NCBI GenBank assembly: GCA_037445915.1
Contig: JBBIJQ010000010.1
Coordinates: 1-45,595 of the forward strand
Length of the DNA stretch: 45,595 nt
From: Planctomycetales bacterium
Lineage (GTDB): Bacteria > 4484-113
Direction: 5' to 3'
Made by a program: the position numbers and the translations under genes. Shown here piece after piece: positions 35,760 to 45,595 of the stretch (positions are counted from its first letter, which is position 1; the number at the start of each line of letters is the position of its first letter). A model generated the notes under the pieces. It was not told where the DNA came from, searched no databases, and saw nothing but the letters and a program-made list of their open reading frames with translations.

Positions 35760-38700
35760 ATGGAATACATGCGAAAGATGCCGGGAGAAGGGCCGCACAA
35801 GGCGGGGAAGCTTGCGCCGATGGGGCGCGCGCAAAAGCCGTCACGTGAGCACGCGCCGGGCGCAGGTAAGCCAAAAGCCGATGCTGCCAATCAACTACCC
35901 CCCAAGCGCATCCTCGTCGCAGGCGCGCCGCAGTCGGGGAAGACGCGCAGGCTCATCGGCGTTTATCTCGACTCGCTGCGCGAACAGCCGTTTGCGCGCC
36001 GCACTTTCCTCGCGCCCGACACATCGCACCGCAACCATCTCCGCGTGCAGGTGATGCGCCAGGGCGGCTTGGACGCGCTGCCCGAGGGCGAAATCATCAC
36101 CTTCCCCGAATTCCTCTACAACCTCGGCTTGCGCACAGGGCTCGTCACCGGCCGGCGCATGACGCCCCTTGAGGAGCGCATCGTCGCGATGTGGTTCCTG
36201 CAAGACCTCGTTTACAAGGACGATAAGCTCAAGCCCGTGCCTGCGACGCTGGCATCGGCGGGGCACTTCATCGCAGGCCTAACCGCCTTGCGCCGCGCAG
36301 GATTGTATGCGCGGGACGCGACAGGGGAGGACGTTCCCCAAGACCTCGGCTGCGAGTTGATGGAAGCGTATTCGCTGCACATCCGCCAGAGCTACAAGAT
36401 GAACCAAACCTACGACGGCCTGTTGCCGCAGGAAGTGTTCATTGAAATGTTGCACGAGGGCGACGATTACATCAACGAATTGCTTCCGGAGTTGCTGCTC
36501 ATTGATGGCTTTTGGGACTTCATCCCGCTGCACAAAATCGCGCTGAGGGAGCTTGCGCAGTATAGCCGCATAAATATTTACATGAGCATTCCGCTCGCGC
36601 CAGGCGACCGCCCGCTGGCGAAGCTTGAAAGTTTTGCGACCGAGCTTGGGCTTGAGCGCGAGGAGCTTCCCCCGCGAAACGAGGCGCTGGGCAGGCTGCT
36701 CACTGCGCTTGCCGCCGCGCGCGAAGGGAAGGAATGCGCGAAGGAACTTGGCGGCGCGATTGCGGCTGAGGGCGTGGAGCTGCGCCCGTGCACTACGCAC
36801 CAAAGCGAAGCGGACTTCATCGGCGACACGGTGCTCAAGCTGCACCGGCGCGAGGGCGTGCCGCTGGACGAGTTTCTCGTCATACTAAACTCGGTTGACG
36901 CGCGCTTCATTGCGGCGCTGGAGCGCGTGTTCGCATCGCGCGGGCTACCGCTCATAGACCTGACCAAGCGCGGGAAGCCTGCGCTGATGGGGCCGTTCCT
37001 CGCCGCATGCTTCGCCTACGCCGCGAAGCAAGACGCGCTGACACTACGAGCACTGCTGCTCGCGTCGTGCCCTTACGTCCTGCGCTGGAACCATCTGCTC
37101 TTCGCGCACATCATGCGAATGGGCGCGTTCCTTGACGTGCAAAGCCTCGCGCCGGTGCTGGCGTCGCCGGAACAGCAGTCGTTCACGGCCTTGCTGGAGG
37201 AGCTTGGCGGCCTGAGGCGCGTGATGGGCAAAAACGAGTCCATTCTTCGCGCGCAGGGCGCGGCTGAAGAGTGGGGCAATTTGCTGCTCGCGAAGATGCG
37301 CGCTGCATGCGCCGATGACGCCGACATCGCGCGCGAGAAGGCGGCGTTGGATGCCGCGATTGATGCGCTGGATGCGCCTGTGGGAATGGTGATGCCGCCT
37401 GACGATTTGCTGGCGGTCGCGGCGGAGGCGTGCAGTGGCGTATGCGCGCCGATTGTTGAGCGGCGCACAGGCGGGGTGTATCTCGTGGATGCGCTGGTGG
37501 CGCGGCAGTGGCAAAAGCGCGTGGTGTTCATCCCGCAGTGCAGCGCAGACAATTGGCCGCGCCCGTTCAAGGAGATTAACGTCGGCGGCGAAAAGCTGCG
37601 CAAAGCGCTGGTGCAGGGCGGGATGGAGCTGCGCGCGCCGGAGGACACATACGCCTTTGAGGAAACGCTGTTCCTCTCCGCGCTTTCGCGCGCCTGCGAC
37701 AACGCATTTGTGACTTACCCACAGCGCCAGTTTGACGGCAAGCCGCTGCTGCCCTCGCCGTTCCTCTTCCCGCTTGAAGAAGCGCTGAAGAAGCTTGGCG
37801 GCGCGAAGCCCGAGCATGATGCGCAGGTTTTCGCCGACGAGCAGGCGCTGGCGCTGACCGCGGCGAAGGAGCTTCGCTGGGGTGACTGCATTGATACCGG
37901 CATGGAGAGCGGCGTAGCATCGGCGGTATTCAAGAAGTGCGATGAGGCGCTGCGCGACGGAATGCTGCGCGCGGGCGGCATTGCGTCGGAGGATGCAGCC
38001 GCGCCGGTTGCGGCAGCGGATATTCCACAGAAGTTCAGCCCCTATGCGCTGACTGCGTTTCGCAAATGCCCCTATTACTACTTCGCATCGCAACTCCTTG
38101 ACTTGGGCGGCGAGATGGCCACGCTGGAAGACGGGCTAAGCCCTGACGAAGTCGGCAAGGCGGTTCACGCTGCCCTGAAGGACGCCTTTGAGCGCAAACT
38201 TGCGCCGGACGCGCTCCTGGGAGTTTTTACGCGCAAGATAAAAGACGTGGCCCGCGAGCGCGGGTATCTCGGCAAGTTTGAGCTTGAGTTGCAGCGCGAG
38301 CTTACGATTTGGCGCGTCGCGCTGCGCGAGTTTTATGAGACAGAGCTTTGGCTGATGAAAAAGCGCAAATCGCAGGTCGCGGAGATGGAGCGCGACTTGA
38401 AGCTGGAGATGCAGGACGCGAATGGCGCGCCGTTTTCGCTGCACGGATTCATTGACCGCGCCGACCGCACGCGCGACGGCTACGCAGTTTACGATTACAA
38501 GTCCGGCCGCGCCAGTACCTTCGGCATGGGCGAGGGCAAGGAAATTGTGTTCGGGCTGTCGCTGGCGTGGCTCATCTACCCGCTGATTGTGCAGGAAGCG
38601 TTCAAGGCGAAATACGCGCCGCCGTTCTCGCTGCTTTTCGTGCGCGACAATGAAGGCATGGCTGTCGCCTGCGATGGCGTGATATATGAACTGCTTACCG

Positions 38701-38900
38701 CGTCTATGCTGCAAAACGTTGCGTCAATCCGCACGAGGCTTTTCCCGCGCGCGCCGCACACTGCGGCGGTGGAATGCAGCGAGTGCGAGATGTATAGCAT
38801 CTGCCGACGCGATGTGTTCACTGAAAGCGCGCCCAATGTGGTGCAAGAGAGCTTCGCTGACGGCAAGCCGTGCGTGATAGTGAAGGAGGAGCGGGAATGA
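35760..38900 (+). CDS. addB: AddB-like helicase-nuclease subunit (PD-(D/E)XK with Fe-S staple); start uncertain
   Basis: Degenerate GAPQSGKT, LFLSALSRA, FSPYALTAFRKCPYYYF, GFIDRAD..YDYKSG and C-terminal CSEC.....C. Coupled to addA. Confidence 0.8.
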   Translation: MEYMRKMPGEGPHKAGKLAPMGRAQKPSREHAPGAGKPKADAANQLPPKRILVAGAPQSGKTRRLIGVYLDSLREQPFARRTFLAPDTSHRNHLRVQVMRQGGLDALPEGEIITFPEFLYNLGLRTGLVTGRRMTPLEERIVAMWFLQDLVYKDDKLKPVPATLASAGHFIAGLTALRRAGLYARDATGEDVPQDLGCELMEAYSLHIRQSYKMNQTYDGLLPQEVFIEMLHEGDDYINELLPELLLIDGFWDFIPLHKIALRELAQYSRINIYMSIPLAPGDRPLAKLESFATELGLEREELPPRNEALGRLLTALAAAREGKECAKELGGAIAAEGVELRPCTTHQSEADFIGDTVLKLHRREGVPLDEFLVILNSVDARFIAALERVFASRGLPLIDLTKRGKPALMGPFLAACFAYAAKQDALTLRALLLASCPYVLRWNHLLFAHIMRMGAFLDVQSLAPVLASPEQQSFTALLEELGGLRRVMGKNESILRAQGAAEEWGNLLLAKMRAACADDADIAREKAALDAAIDALDAPVGMVMPPDDLLAVAAEACSGVCAPIVERRTGGVYLVDALVARQWQKRVVFIPQCSADNWPRPFKEINVGGEKLRKALVQGGMELRAPEDTYAFEETLFLSALSRACDNAFVTYPQRQFDGKPLLPSPFLFPLEEALKKLGGAKPEHDAQVFADEQALALTAAKELRWGDCIDTGMESGVASAVFKKCDEALRDGMLRAGGIASEDAAAPVAAADIPQKFSPYALTAFRKCPYYYFASQLLDLGGEMATLEDGLSPDEVGKAVHAALKDAFERKLAPDALLGVFTRKIKDVARERGYLGKFELELQRELTIWRVALREFYETELWLMKKRKSQVAEMERDLKLEMQDANGAPFSLHGFIDRADRTRDGYAVYDYKSGRASTFGMGEGKEIVFGLSLAWLIYPLIVQEAFKAKYAPPFSLLFVRDNEGMAVACDGVIYELLTASMLQNVASIRTRLFPRAPHTAAVECSECEMYSICRRDVFTESAPNVVQESFADGKPCVIVKEERE

Positions 38901-41900
38901 GCGCAGACCTGGGCTTCTTGCTTCGCCCCACGATCTACACAGCGAGCGCAGGCACGGGCAAGACATACCGCCTGACCGAAGACTTCCACGCCGCGCTTGA
39001 CCATTACGGCTACGAAAGCGCGCACCGCTTCGCCGCGATTACGTTTACTGAAAACGCAGCCGCCGAAATGCGCGCGCGCATCCAGCAAAAGATGCTGGAG
39101 AAACACGGCTTGAAGGCGCTGCCCGCCGCGCAGTCGCTTTCCATAAGCACGATCCACAGCTTCTGCCGCCGCGAGCTGAAGCGCCATGCGCTGCTGCTGG
39201 GAATTGACCCCGAATTCGGCGTGATGGAAGAAACCGGCTCGGGGAGCATCGCGCGCCATGCGCTGCTTGAGGTGCTCAGCGCTCGCTACAACAGCGAGGA
39301 CAAGCGCGAGAAAGGCGACATCCCGCGCTGCGTCGCCTTCACCAGCTACTTTCGCGGCACGAGCTTCGGCGCAAGCCTTGAAGGCGAAATACTCGCAGAC
39401 TACAACCGCCTGCGCGCGCAGGGCCTGCGCAACATCGCGCCTGCAAAGCTCTCGCTGCCTGAGCCAAAGTGGGATGAATGCCTGCTCGCGCTGCAAAGGG
39501 CGATATCAGCCGTAACGCTAGCGCAGCCGGAAGGCGTCAAAGCCGAAAAGTCGCGCGAGAAGCTGGCGCTGGTGCAGGCGAACCTGCGCCGTTACGGCGA
39601 AGAGATTGCGAATATGAAAGTCGGCGAACCGGCGGCGCGGCTGCTTGACCGCCTGTGCAAGCCGGTGAAGCGCAACGTCTCCAACGATGTGAAGGCGCTT
39701 TTTGATGCAATGCTTGCGGCGGTCTGCGGTTGTTTCCACGAAATGATCCGCCTGGACACGGGCAGCGTGCTCATTGAAATGCTGCATATCTTAGGCGAAT
39801 TGGACGCGCGCCTGGAGGCCGAGAAGCGCGCGCGCAGCGTGCTTAGCTTCTCCGACTTGGAATTGCAGATGCTGCGCCTGCTGGAAGATTTCCCAGAAGT
39901 GCGCGAGGAGTATCGCGGGCGTTACCACAAAGTGTTCGTTGACGAATTCCAGGACACGAACCCGCTGCAGGTGCGCATCATTGAGCTGCTTGCGGAGCCA
40001 AAGGCGCTGTATTACGTCGGCGACCCGAAGCAAAGCATCTTCGGCTGGCGCTATGCGGAGCCGAAGACCATCGGCTTGAAGCGCAACGAGTTCGCCGACG
40101 GCGCGCAGACGCTAACGCAAAACTGGCGCTCGCACCCCGACATCCTTGAGTTCGTGAATCGCCTGTTCGTGGGGATGGAAGGCGAGCCGCCAGAGCTTGG
40201 CTTTCAATACGACGCGATGACCGCGGCGCGCGAATTTACCGGCGCGATGCCAGCGAACGCCCCCAAGCGCATCACGCTGTTTAGATACCCGCTCGGCGAA
40301 GGCGGGAAGCTTCCTTCGGCAGATGAGCGTAGGGCGCGTCAGGCGCAGGCCGCCGCCGCCTACATCAAAGACCTCGTTGAGAACAAACGCCTTGTGCACA
40401 CGCGCGAAGACAGCGCGAAGCACAACGAGCCGCTGGCCTACGGCGACTTCACTATCCTCGTGCGCAAAAACAAGACTGTGCCGCTGTTTGAGCAGGAGCT
40501 TTCCGCCGCGAACATTCCGTTCGTCAGCGAAACAAGCGTGGGCTTCCTGAGCACGCCTGAAATTGGCGCGCTTACTGCGTTCTTGCAGTTTCTTCTCACG
40601 CCGGAAAGCGATTTGCTTTGCGCGGAAGTGCTGCGAAGCGATCTCGTGGGTATCTCATCTGACGGGCTGGCGGAATTGGCGAATGTGCGCGGCTTCGGCG
40701 ATGCCAAGCGGACGCTGGTAGAAGCGCTCGCCAAAGCAAAGCTGACGGATACCAATGACGCCGCCGCAGTCGCCGAGTTCACGCAGTTTGTTGGCGAACT
40801 GCGCCCGCGCATCCCGCAGCTTTCCGCATCAGCGGTGCTCTGCGAGGCGGTGGAGAAGCTGCGCCTGCGCGAAAAGCTCGCGGCGTGCGGCAGGCCGTTT
40901 CGCGCCGCGCTGAATGTCGGCAAGCTCATTGACTTTGCCGACGGCATCAGCGGCATAGGTTATGCCGCGCTGGAAGAGGCGGCAAGCTCGCTGCGCGAGA
41001 TGGGATATCAGGGCGCGAACATCGGCGAAATGTTCGTTGAAGGCGGCGAGTTCGTGAAGATAATGACCGTCCACCGCGCCAAGGGCCTTGGCTTCCCTGC
41101 TGTGATTCTCGGCGAAACTGACTACAACATCGCGCCCACGCGCCAGCTATTCTTTGACGAGCGCATCACCGGCGTTGAAGAGGCTGCGTCGTTCCGTTTC
41201 GCCGTGAAGCACCGTTACGAGCGCTATGCGGCAGCGAAAGACGCCAACCGCCAATACAAGGAATTGAAAGACGAAGCCGAGGCGAAGGTGCAGGAAGAGG
41301 AGTTGCGGCTGCTTTACGTCGCGCTGACGCGCCCGATTGAACACCTCGCCATCTTCGGCGTGCAGGAAGGGCCGGGCAAGCTATGGCAGTCCGTCCTCCC
41401 GCGCGCTCTTGATGCACGGTATTCCGACATCGTGCAAAGGGAAGACTTCGCGCAAAGTGAAGCCTCGGAAGTTCGCGCGCAACAGGTATTACCGCAGCTT
41501 GCAGATATTGCGAAGCAAGTGAAGGTGCGCAAGGCTGATAATAAAGCCGCAGAAGCTATGCTCGACGAGTCGCGCAAGCCGCCGCAATTCAAGCTGCACA
41601 AATATCTGTTTGGCATAAGCGAGTTCTTGCGCTGGATGCGCGGCGATGACGCCCCCCGCCCACGGTTGAGCTTTATTGACAATGACGGCGAGCTTGAGCG
41701 CGGACTGGCGGAATGGGTGGCTTCGCACGAGACGGTTGACGGCGAGGAGGGCGCGCGCGAGCTTGGCACCGCCATTCACGCCTTGCTAGACTTCGCGATG
41801 CAGCACCGCTTTGAAGTAGAGCCGCAAGAGATTCCCCTCGCGCTGCTTGACGATGACCTGTTACTTCAACATTTCCGCGAGCACTACGAAGTACTCACGC

Positions 41901-42334
41901 GCGCGAAAAAGCGTGCGGAAAAGCTCTTAGAGGGCTTTGTGAAAACCGGCGTGCTTCAGGTTGCATGCGCTACTGAAGCGCTGCGCACTGAACATTCCTT
42001 TATGTTGCGCGCTGCGCCGGATGCTGGCGTATTCCTGCGCGGACGCTGCGACTTGCTGATAGCCTTGGACTCAGAGCTGTTCATCATTGACTACAAAACC
42101 GACCGCATCTCCAGCGCAGCCCAGCGAGACAGCCTAGTTACCCGCTACGCTCCGCAGCTTGCGCTATACGCAATGGCTGCGCACCTTCTCTATCCTGCGT
42201 TTGCCGTGAAAGCAGGTTTAGCGCTGCTTGATACAGGCGAAATGGCATGGATTGGCGCCTTGCCGGAGCACATTGCCTCGGTAAAGGCGAAGATGGCGGA
42301 ATTTGCCATCCACGAGCTAAGCGCGTTCAGCTAA
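38897..42334 (+). CDS. addA: AddA-like UvrD helicase-nuclease
   Basis: ASAGTGKT, ITFTENAAAEM, VDEFQDTN, VGDPKQSI, LLYVALTR and RGRCD..IIDYKTD. ATG at 38897 in ATGA overlap with AAGGAGG RBS. Confidence 0.88.
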   Translation: MSADLGFLLRPTIYTASAGTGKTYRLTEDFHAALDHYGYESAHRFAAITFTENAAAEMRARIQQKMLEKHGLKALPAAQSLSISTIHSFCRRELKRHALLLGIDPEFGVMEETGSGSIARHALLEVLSARYNSEDKREKGDIPRCVAFTSYFRGTSFGASLEGEILADYNRLRAQGLRNIAPAKLSLPEPKWDECLLALQRAISAVTLAQPEGVKAEKSREKLALVQANLRRYGEEIANMKVGEPAARLLDRLCKPVKRNVSNDVKALFDAMLAAVCGCFHEMIRLDTGSVLIEMLHILGELDARLEAEKRARSVLSFSDLELQMLRLLEDFPEVREEYRGRYHKVFVDEFQDTNPLQVRIIELLAEPKALYYVGDPKQSIFGWRYAEPKTIGLKRNEFADGAQTLTQNWRSHPDILEFVNRLFVGMEGEPPELGFQYDAMTAAREFTGAMPANAPKRITLFRYPLGEGGKLPSADERRARQAQAAAAYIKDLVENKRLVHTREDSAKHNEPLAYGDFTILVRKNKTVPLFEQELSAANIPFVSETSVGFLSTPEIGALTAFLQFLLTPESDLLCAEVLRSDLVGISSDGLAELANVRGFGDAKRTLVEALAKAKLTDTNDAAAVAEFTQFVGELRPRIPQLSASAVLCEAVEKLRLREKLAACGRPFRAALNVGKLIDFADGISGIGYAALEEAASSLREMGYQGANIGEMFVEGGEFVKIMTVHRAKGLGFPAVILGETDYNIAPTRQLFFDERITGVEEAASFRFAVKHRYERYAAAKDANRQYKELKDEAEAKVQEEELRLLYVALTRPIEHLAIFGVQEGPGKLWQSVLPRALDARYSDIVQREDFAQSEASEVRAQQVLPQLADIAKQVKVRKADNKAAEAMLDESRKPPQFKLHKYLFGISEFLRWMRGDDAPRPRLSFIDNDGELERGLAEWVASHETVDGEEGARELGTAIHALLDFAMQHRFEVEPQEIPLALLDDDLLLQHFREHYEVLTRAKKRAEKLLEGFVKTGVLQVACATEALRTEHSFMLRAAPDAGVFLRGRCDLLIALDSELFIIDYKTDRISSAAQRDSLVTRYAPQLALYAMAAHLLYPAFAVKAGLALLDTGEMAWIGALPEHIASVKAKMAEFAIHELSAFS

Positions 42335-42406
42335 TAATTGCGCAGCAGGAGTATAATGGCAGTCGGTAGATAACGCTCATTCACTTGGTTACTCTAGGAG
42401 GTAATA

Positions 42407-42928
42407 ATGCGCCTACTCATACCTCTGCTCATCACATTGGCGACCTTGACCGCCCTCATAGCCTTTGCCGCGTGCGGCGGGCACGGGCGCGCCCAGCGTC
42501 CCCTGGATGCTGCCGCAAACCCGGCTGCATCAGGAGCATCCAATACATTTACGCTTGAACAGGCGGCTGAAGGCGGGAAGCTCACTGCGACGCTGCGGGC
42601 GCAGGGCTTTTTTGACCTCTACCAGGTAGCAGGCGAGCTTGGATACGACGAAGGCGCGCTGGAACTGGAAAGCGTGAGCCAAGGCGCATTCCTCGGCGCG
42701 CCGCCGGACGTCATCTTTTTCCAGCGCGGCGAGGCAGGCGGCATCCCCTTTGCGCTCACTAAGCGCGATGTCGGAGCCGGCTCCACCGGCGCGGGCGTGA
42801 TTATCCAGGCGCGCTTCCGCATTAAAGGCTCGCTGCCGGAGAAGCCAGTTTGGGTTGGCGAAAAGCTTTTGGCGCGGGACTCGCTGCGGCACAAGATTGA
42901 CGCGGTAGTTGAAGGAGGTGCGAAGTGA
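42407..42928 (+). CDS. Lipoprotein with cohesin-like domain
   Basis: Lipobox FAAC; DLYQVAGELGYDEGALELESVSQGAFLG and GAGVIIQARF resemble cohesin beta-sandwiches. Confidence 0.65.
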   Translation: MRLLIPLLITLATLTALIAFAACGGHGRAQRPLDAAANPAASGASNTFTLEQAAEGGKLTATLRAQGFFDLYQVAGELGYDEGALELESVSQGAFLGAPPDVIFFQRGEAGGIPFALTKRDVGAGSTGAGVIIQARFRIKGSLPEKPVWVGEKLLARDSLRHKIDAVVEGGAK

Positions 42929-45595
42929 ACACGCGCGCAGCCCTGATTGCTAGCATAGCCGCCTTTACCGCAATTCTAAGCGCTTCCGCCTTCGCTTCCG
43001 TCCAGCCCCCGCAGGAATGGCTGGACGCGAGCGAAGCCAACCGCCAGCGTTATGAGCAAATGAAGCCCCAGCTCCAAAAGTGGGTCAAGGGCGAGGTGGA
43101 AGACTGGCGGCTGCCGGAGCCGGTGGCTCTGGAGAGCATCGGCGCGCACTTTGGCGAAACCCGAGAAACCCGCACTGTCTCGCTGGACAGCGCCGAGCTT
43201 CGTTTTGGCCAGCTTGACCTGAACTTTGACGGCGTGGTTGACCAGCTTGACGTGCTGGAGCTTGGCTACAAGCCCGCGCCGCGCAAGGCAGTCTCTGTCG
43301 CCAACACAAAGGGCGTGAACAACCTGATTATCGTCCGCGCGGATTTCTCTAACAGCCTGGCCGACACGGCCACCTGGAACTACGACTACACATACAACCT
43401 GATGCTTGCCGACGGCACCGCGCCCAACCCCTCATTCCACGACTTCTTTGAGGAGGTTTCCTACGGGGACCTGGACATACAAGGCACTGTTGATAACCAA
43501 GGCCCGAATAACGGCTGGTACACCGCGCCCAACACGCGCAACTACTACCGCGACACCAGCATAATGGAGTTTATGCTCTTCGCGGCGCAGTCTATAGACC
43601 CCCACACCGACTTCTCAGATTACGATTCCGATAACGATGGCTATGTAGATTCGTTTATCGTCTATTACCCGTATGCGGAGTTTGCGGGCGGGCTTTGGCC
43701 GCATATGAGCAGCGGGATGAACTACTACGCCGACGGCGTTGTCGTTGACATCCATTACATCAGCGGCTTCGGCGGCGCCTTCAGCACGGCTGATAACATG
43801 ACCGTCGCCTGCCATGAATACGGCCATATAATGGGCTTCCCTGACCTTTACGACACCGATGGGTCTTCCAACGGCTGCGGGAGGTGGACGCTTATGGCCT
43901 ACCAGTATGACAGCCAGCAGAAGCCTCCCGCGCCCGACCCTTGGCTTCGCCAGCAGGCAGGCTGGATTAACCCTCTCGTCATCACTGAGGACGCCACCGG
44001 GGTGAGCATCCCGCAAATTGCGACAAACCGCTTCATGCTGAAGCTCTGGAAGAACGGCGACCCGGGCGAGGAGTATTTCCTAGTTGAAAACCGCCAGAAA
44101 GTCGGCACTGACGCAACCCGCCCCGGCGCGGGCCTGATGATTTACCATTGCGATGACTCCCAAAACGGAAACACCAACGACGCGCGCCGCCTGGTTGACG
44201 TGGAAGTCGCCGAAGGGCTGGATGGCAATAATAAAGACCACTTAGACCGCAAGGATGGCGGCGGAGGCAAGGCGACCGACCCGTTCTACTCCGGCAACAA
44301 GACCGCATTCAACTTCACGAGCAACCCGCCGAGCAAGACTTACGCAAACACTGATTCATATGTGAAAGTGGAGAATATTTCCGCCAGCGGCTCTACGATG
44401 ACAGCCAATATCTCGGTTGAAACAGCGACGCGCCCGTCCGTAACGATTACCGCCCCAACCGCTGGCGGCACTGTCAGCGGCGATGTGACTTTCTCTGCGA
44501 CTGCGGCTGCCAGCGGCGCGCGCACGATAAGCAAGGTTGATTTCTACGCCAACGGATACTTTGTCGGCACAGACACGACTGCCACCGGCAGCACATACAG
44601 CATTACATGGAACTCGCGCACTTGCTACAACAAGGCTGTATTCATCAGCGCTAAGGCAACCGACAGCACCGGCGAAACAGGCACTAGGAGCATCAGCGTA
44701 ACAGTAGATAACGAGGGCGAATGGCCGTTCAGCGATGGCATCACTAATACGTGGAACTGGGCAATCCTTGACCCCTCCGGCACTGCATCCTGGGCGCTTC
44801 GCACTACCGTTTACAACTCCCCGCCGAGCTGCCTGGGCATCGGCCCCGGCTATGACACCAACGAGCACGACCGCATCCTCTCGCCGCTGCTTGACCTGAC
44901 AGGCTCAACGCAGCCCGCGCTGACTTATTACATGCGCTACAAGATAGCCGGAAGCTTGCACAACGCCCGCGTGTATGTCATCAGCGAAGACGGCAGCGTG
45001 GAAACGCAGGTTAAATCGTTTACCGGGACCGACTTGAGCTGGAAGAGCCGCGCAATCTGGCTGGACGGTTTCGCAGGCCAGAAAGTATTCATCGCCTTTG
45101 AACTGAACTCAACCTCTTTGGGCAGCGGCGGAGGCGCTGCAACCGGCAGCGGAGTGTGGGTTGACGATGTTGACCTGCACGAGCGCACTAGCCCGCCGTC
45201 CCTAAACAGCATCACCCCCGGCGACGGCTCAACCGTCTCCGGCGATGTCGCGATTGAGGTTGACGCAACCGACGACGTAGGAGTCACTTACGTCGCGTTC
45301 TGGATGAATGGGGAGTATGTCGGCGCAGACACGTCTTCCCCGTTTGTGTACACATGGAACTCGCGCGATGTTTTCAACGGTGGCGCCACCGTCCTTGCCC
45401 GGGCCTATGACCGCGATGAGCAATATGATGAGGCTCAAGTCACATACACCATTGATAACGGGATGCAAACCCCCGCGTACTACTACGGGTTTGAAGACGC
45501 AGCGCACCTGGACGATTACTGGCGCATTTACAACCCAACTGGCCCCGGAACCTGGCAACTGGCGAACTACCGATACTACCGAGGGTCGTATTCCG
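42925..45595 (+). CDS. Secreted M6 (immune inhibitor A-like) metalloprotease with Ig-like domains; runs off window
   Basis: Absent from the ORF track because it has no stop. GTG at 42925, signal peptide, DFSDYDSDNDGYVD, ACHEYGHIMGFPDLYD, WTLMA, EYFLVENRQ, and two Big_7-like repeats (KVDFYANG; ATDDVGV). Confidence 0.92.
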   Translation, partial: MNTRAALIASIAAFTAILSASAFASVQPPQEWLDASEANRQRYEQMKPQLQKWVKGEVEDWRLPEPVALESIGAHFGETRETRTVSLDSAELRFGQLDLNFDGVVDQLDVLELGYKPAPRKAVSVANTKGVNNLIIVRADFSNSLADTATWNYDYTYNLMLADGTAPNPSFHDFFEEVSYGDLDIQGTVDNQGPNNGWYTAPNTRNYYRDTSIMEFMLFAAQSIDPHTDFSDYDSDNDGYVDSFIVYYPYAEFAGGLWPHMSSGMNYYADGVVVDIHYISGFGGAFSTADNMTVACHEYGHIMGFPDLYDTDGSSNGCGRWTLMAYQYDSQQKPPAPDPWLRQQAGWINPLVITEDATGVSIPQIATNRFMLKLWKNGDPGEEYFLVENRQKVGTDATRPGAGLMIYHCDDSQNGNTNDARRLVDVEVAEGLDGNNKDHLDRKDGGGGKATDPFYSGNKTAFNFTSNPPSKTYANTDSYVKVENISASGSTMTANISVETATRPSVTITAPTAGGTVSGDVTFSATAAASGARTISKVDFYANGYFVGTDTTATGSTYSITWNSRTCYNKAVFISAKATDSTGETGTRSISVTVDNEGEWPFSDGITNTWNWAILDPSGTASWALRTTVYNSPPSCLGIGPGYDTNEHDRILSPLLDLTGSTQPALTYYMRYKIAGSLHNARVYVISEDGSVETQVKSFTGTDLSWKSRAIWLDGFAGQKVFIAFELNSTSLGSGGGAATGSGVWVDDVDLHERTSPPSLNSITPGDGSTVSGDVAIEVDATDDVGVTYVAFWMNGEYVGADTSSPFVYTWNSRDVFNGGATVLARAYDRDEQYDEAQVTYTIDNGMQTPAYYYGFEDAAHLDDYWRIYNPTGPGTWQLANYRYYRGSYS

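Overview
GC-rich bacterial chromosomal window. Most of it is housekeeping and envelope genes: htpX-like fragment, macro domain, Fic, vWA, phnC/phnE, an ECF sigma/anti-sigma/MucB-like/Ser-Thr kinase block, a response regulator, PHP, CCA-type nucleotidyltransferase, NifU, OsmC, rpmB, YggU, ComEA, leuS, AddB/AddA, a cohesin-like lipoprotein and an M6 protease. The standout is a 9.8-kb, 15-gene, tightly coupled virion operon at 13111-22893. It reads portal, short scaffold, major capsid, head-tail connectors, tail tube, a very short tape-measure-like protein, Dit/hub-like, fibre-like, two holin-like genes and an amidase. It has no recognisable terminase, integrase, repressor, replication gene or att site. 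It has its own extended -10 promoter overlapped by a perfect inverted repeat, and it abuts host genes on both sides. I read it as a candidate domesticated gene-transfer-agent-like or PBSX-like particle system; this is inference, not proof. Also seen: dockerin-like lipoprotein paralogues (one split by an in-frame TAG), a triply broken YfaP-like pseudogene, REP/MITE-like palindromes with compensatory changes, and recurrent leaderless-type promoters. All product calls come from motif recognition by eye and gene order; no database searches were run.
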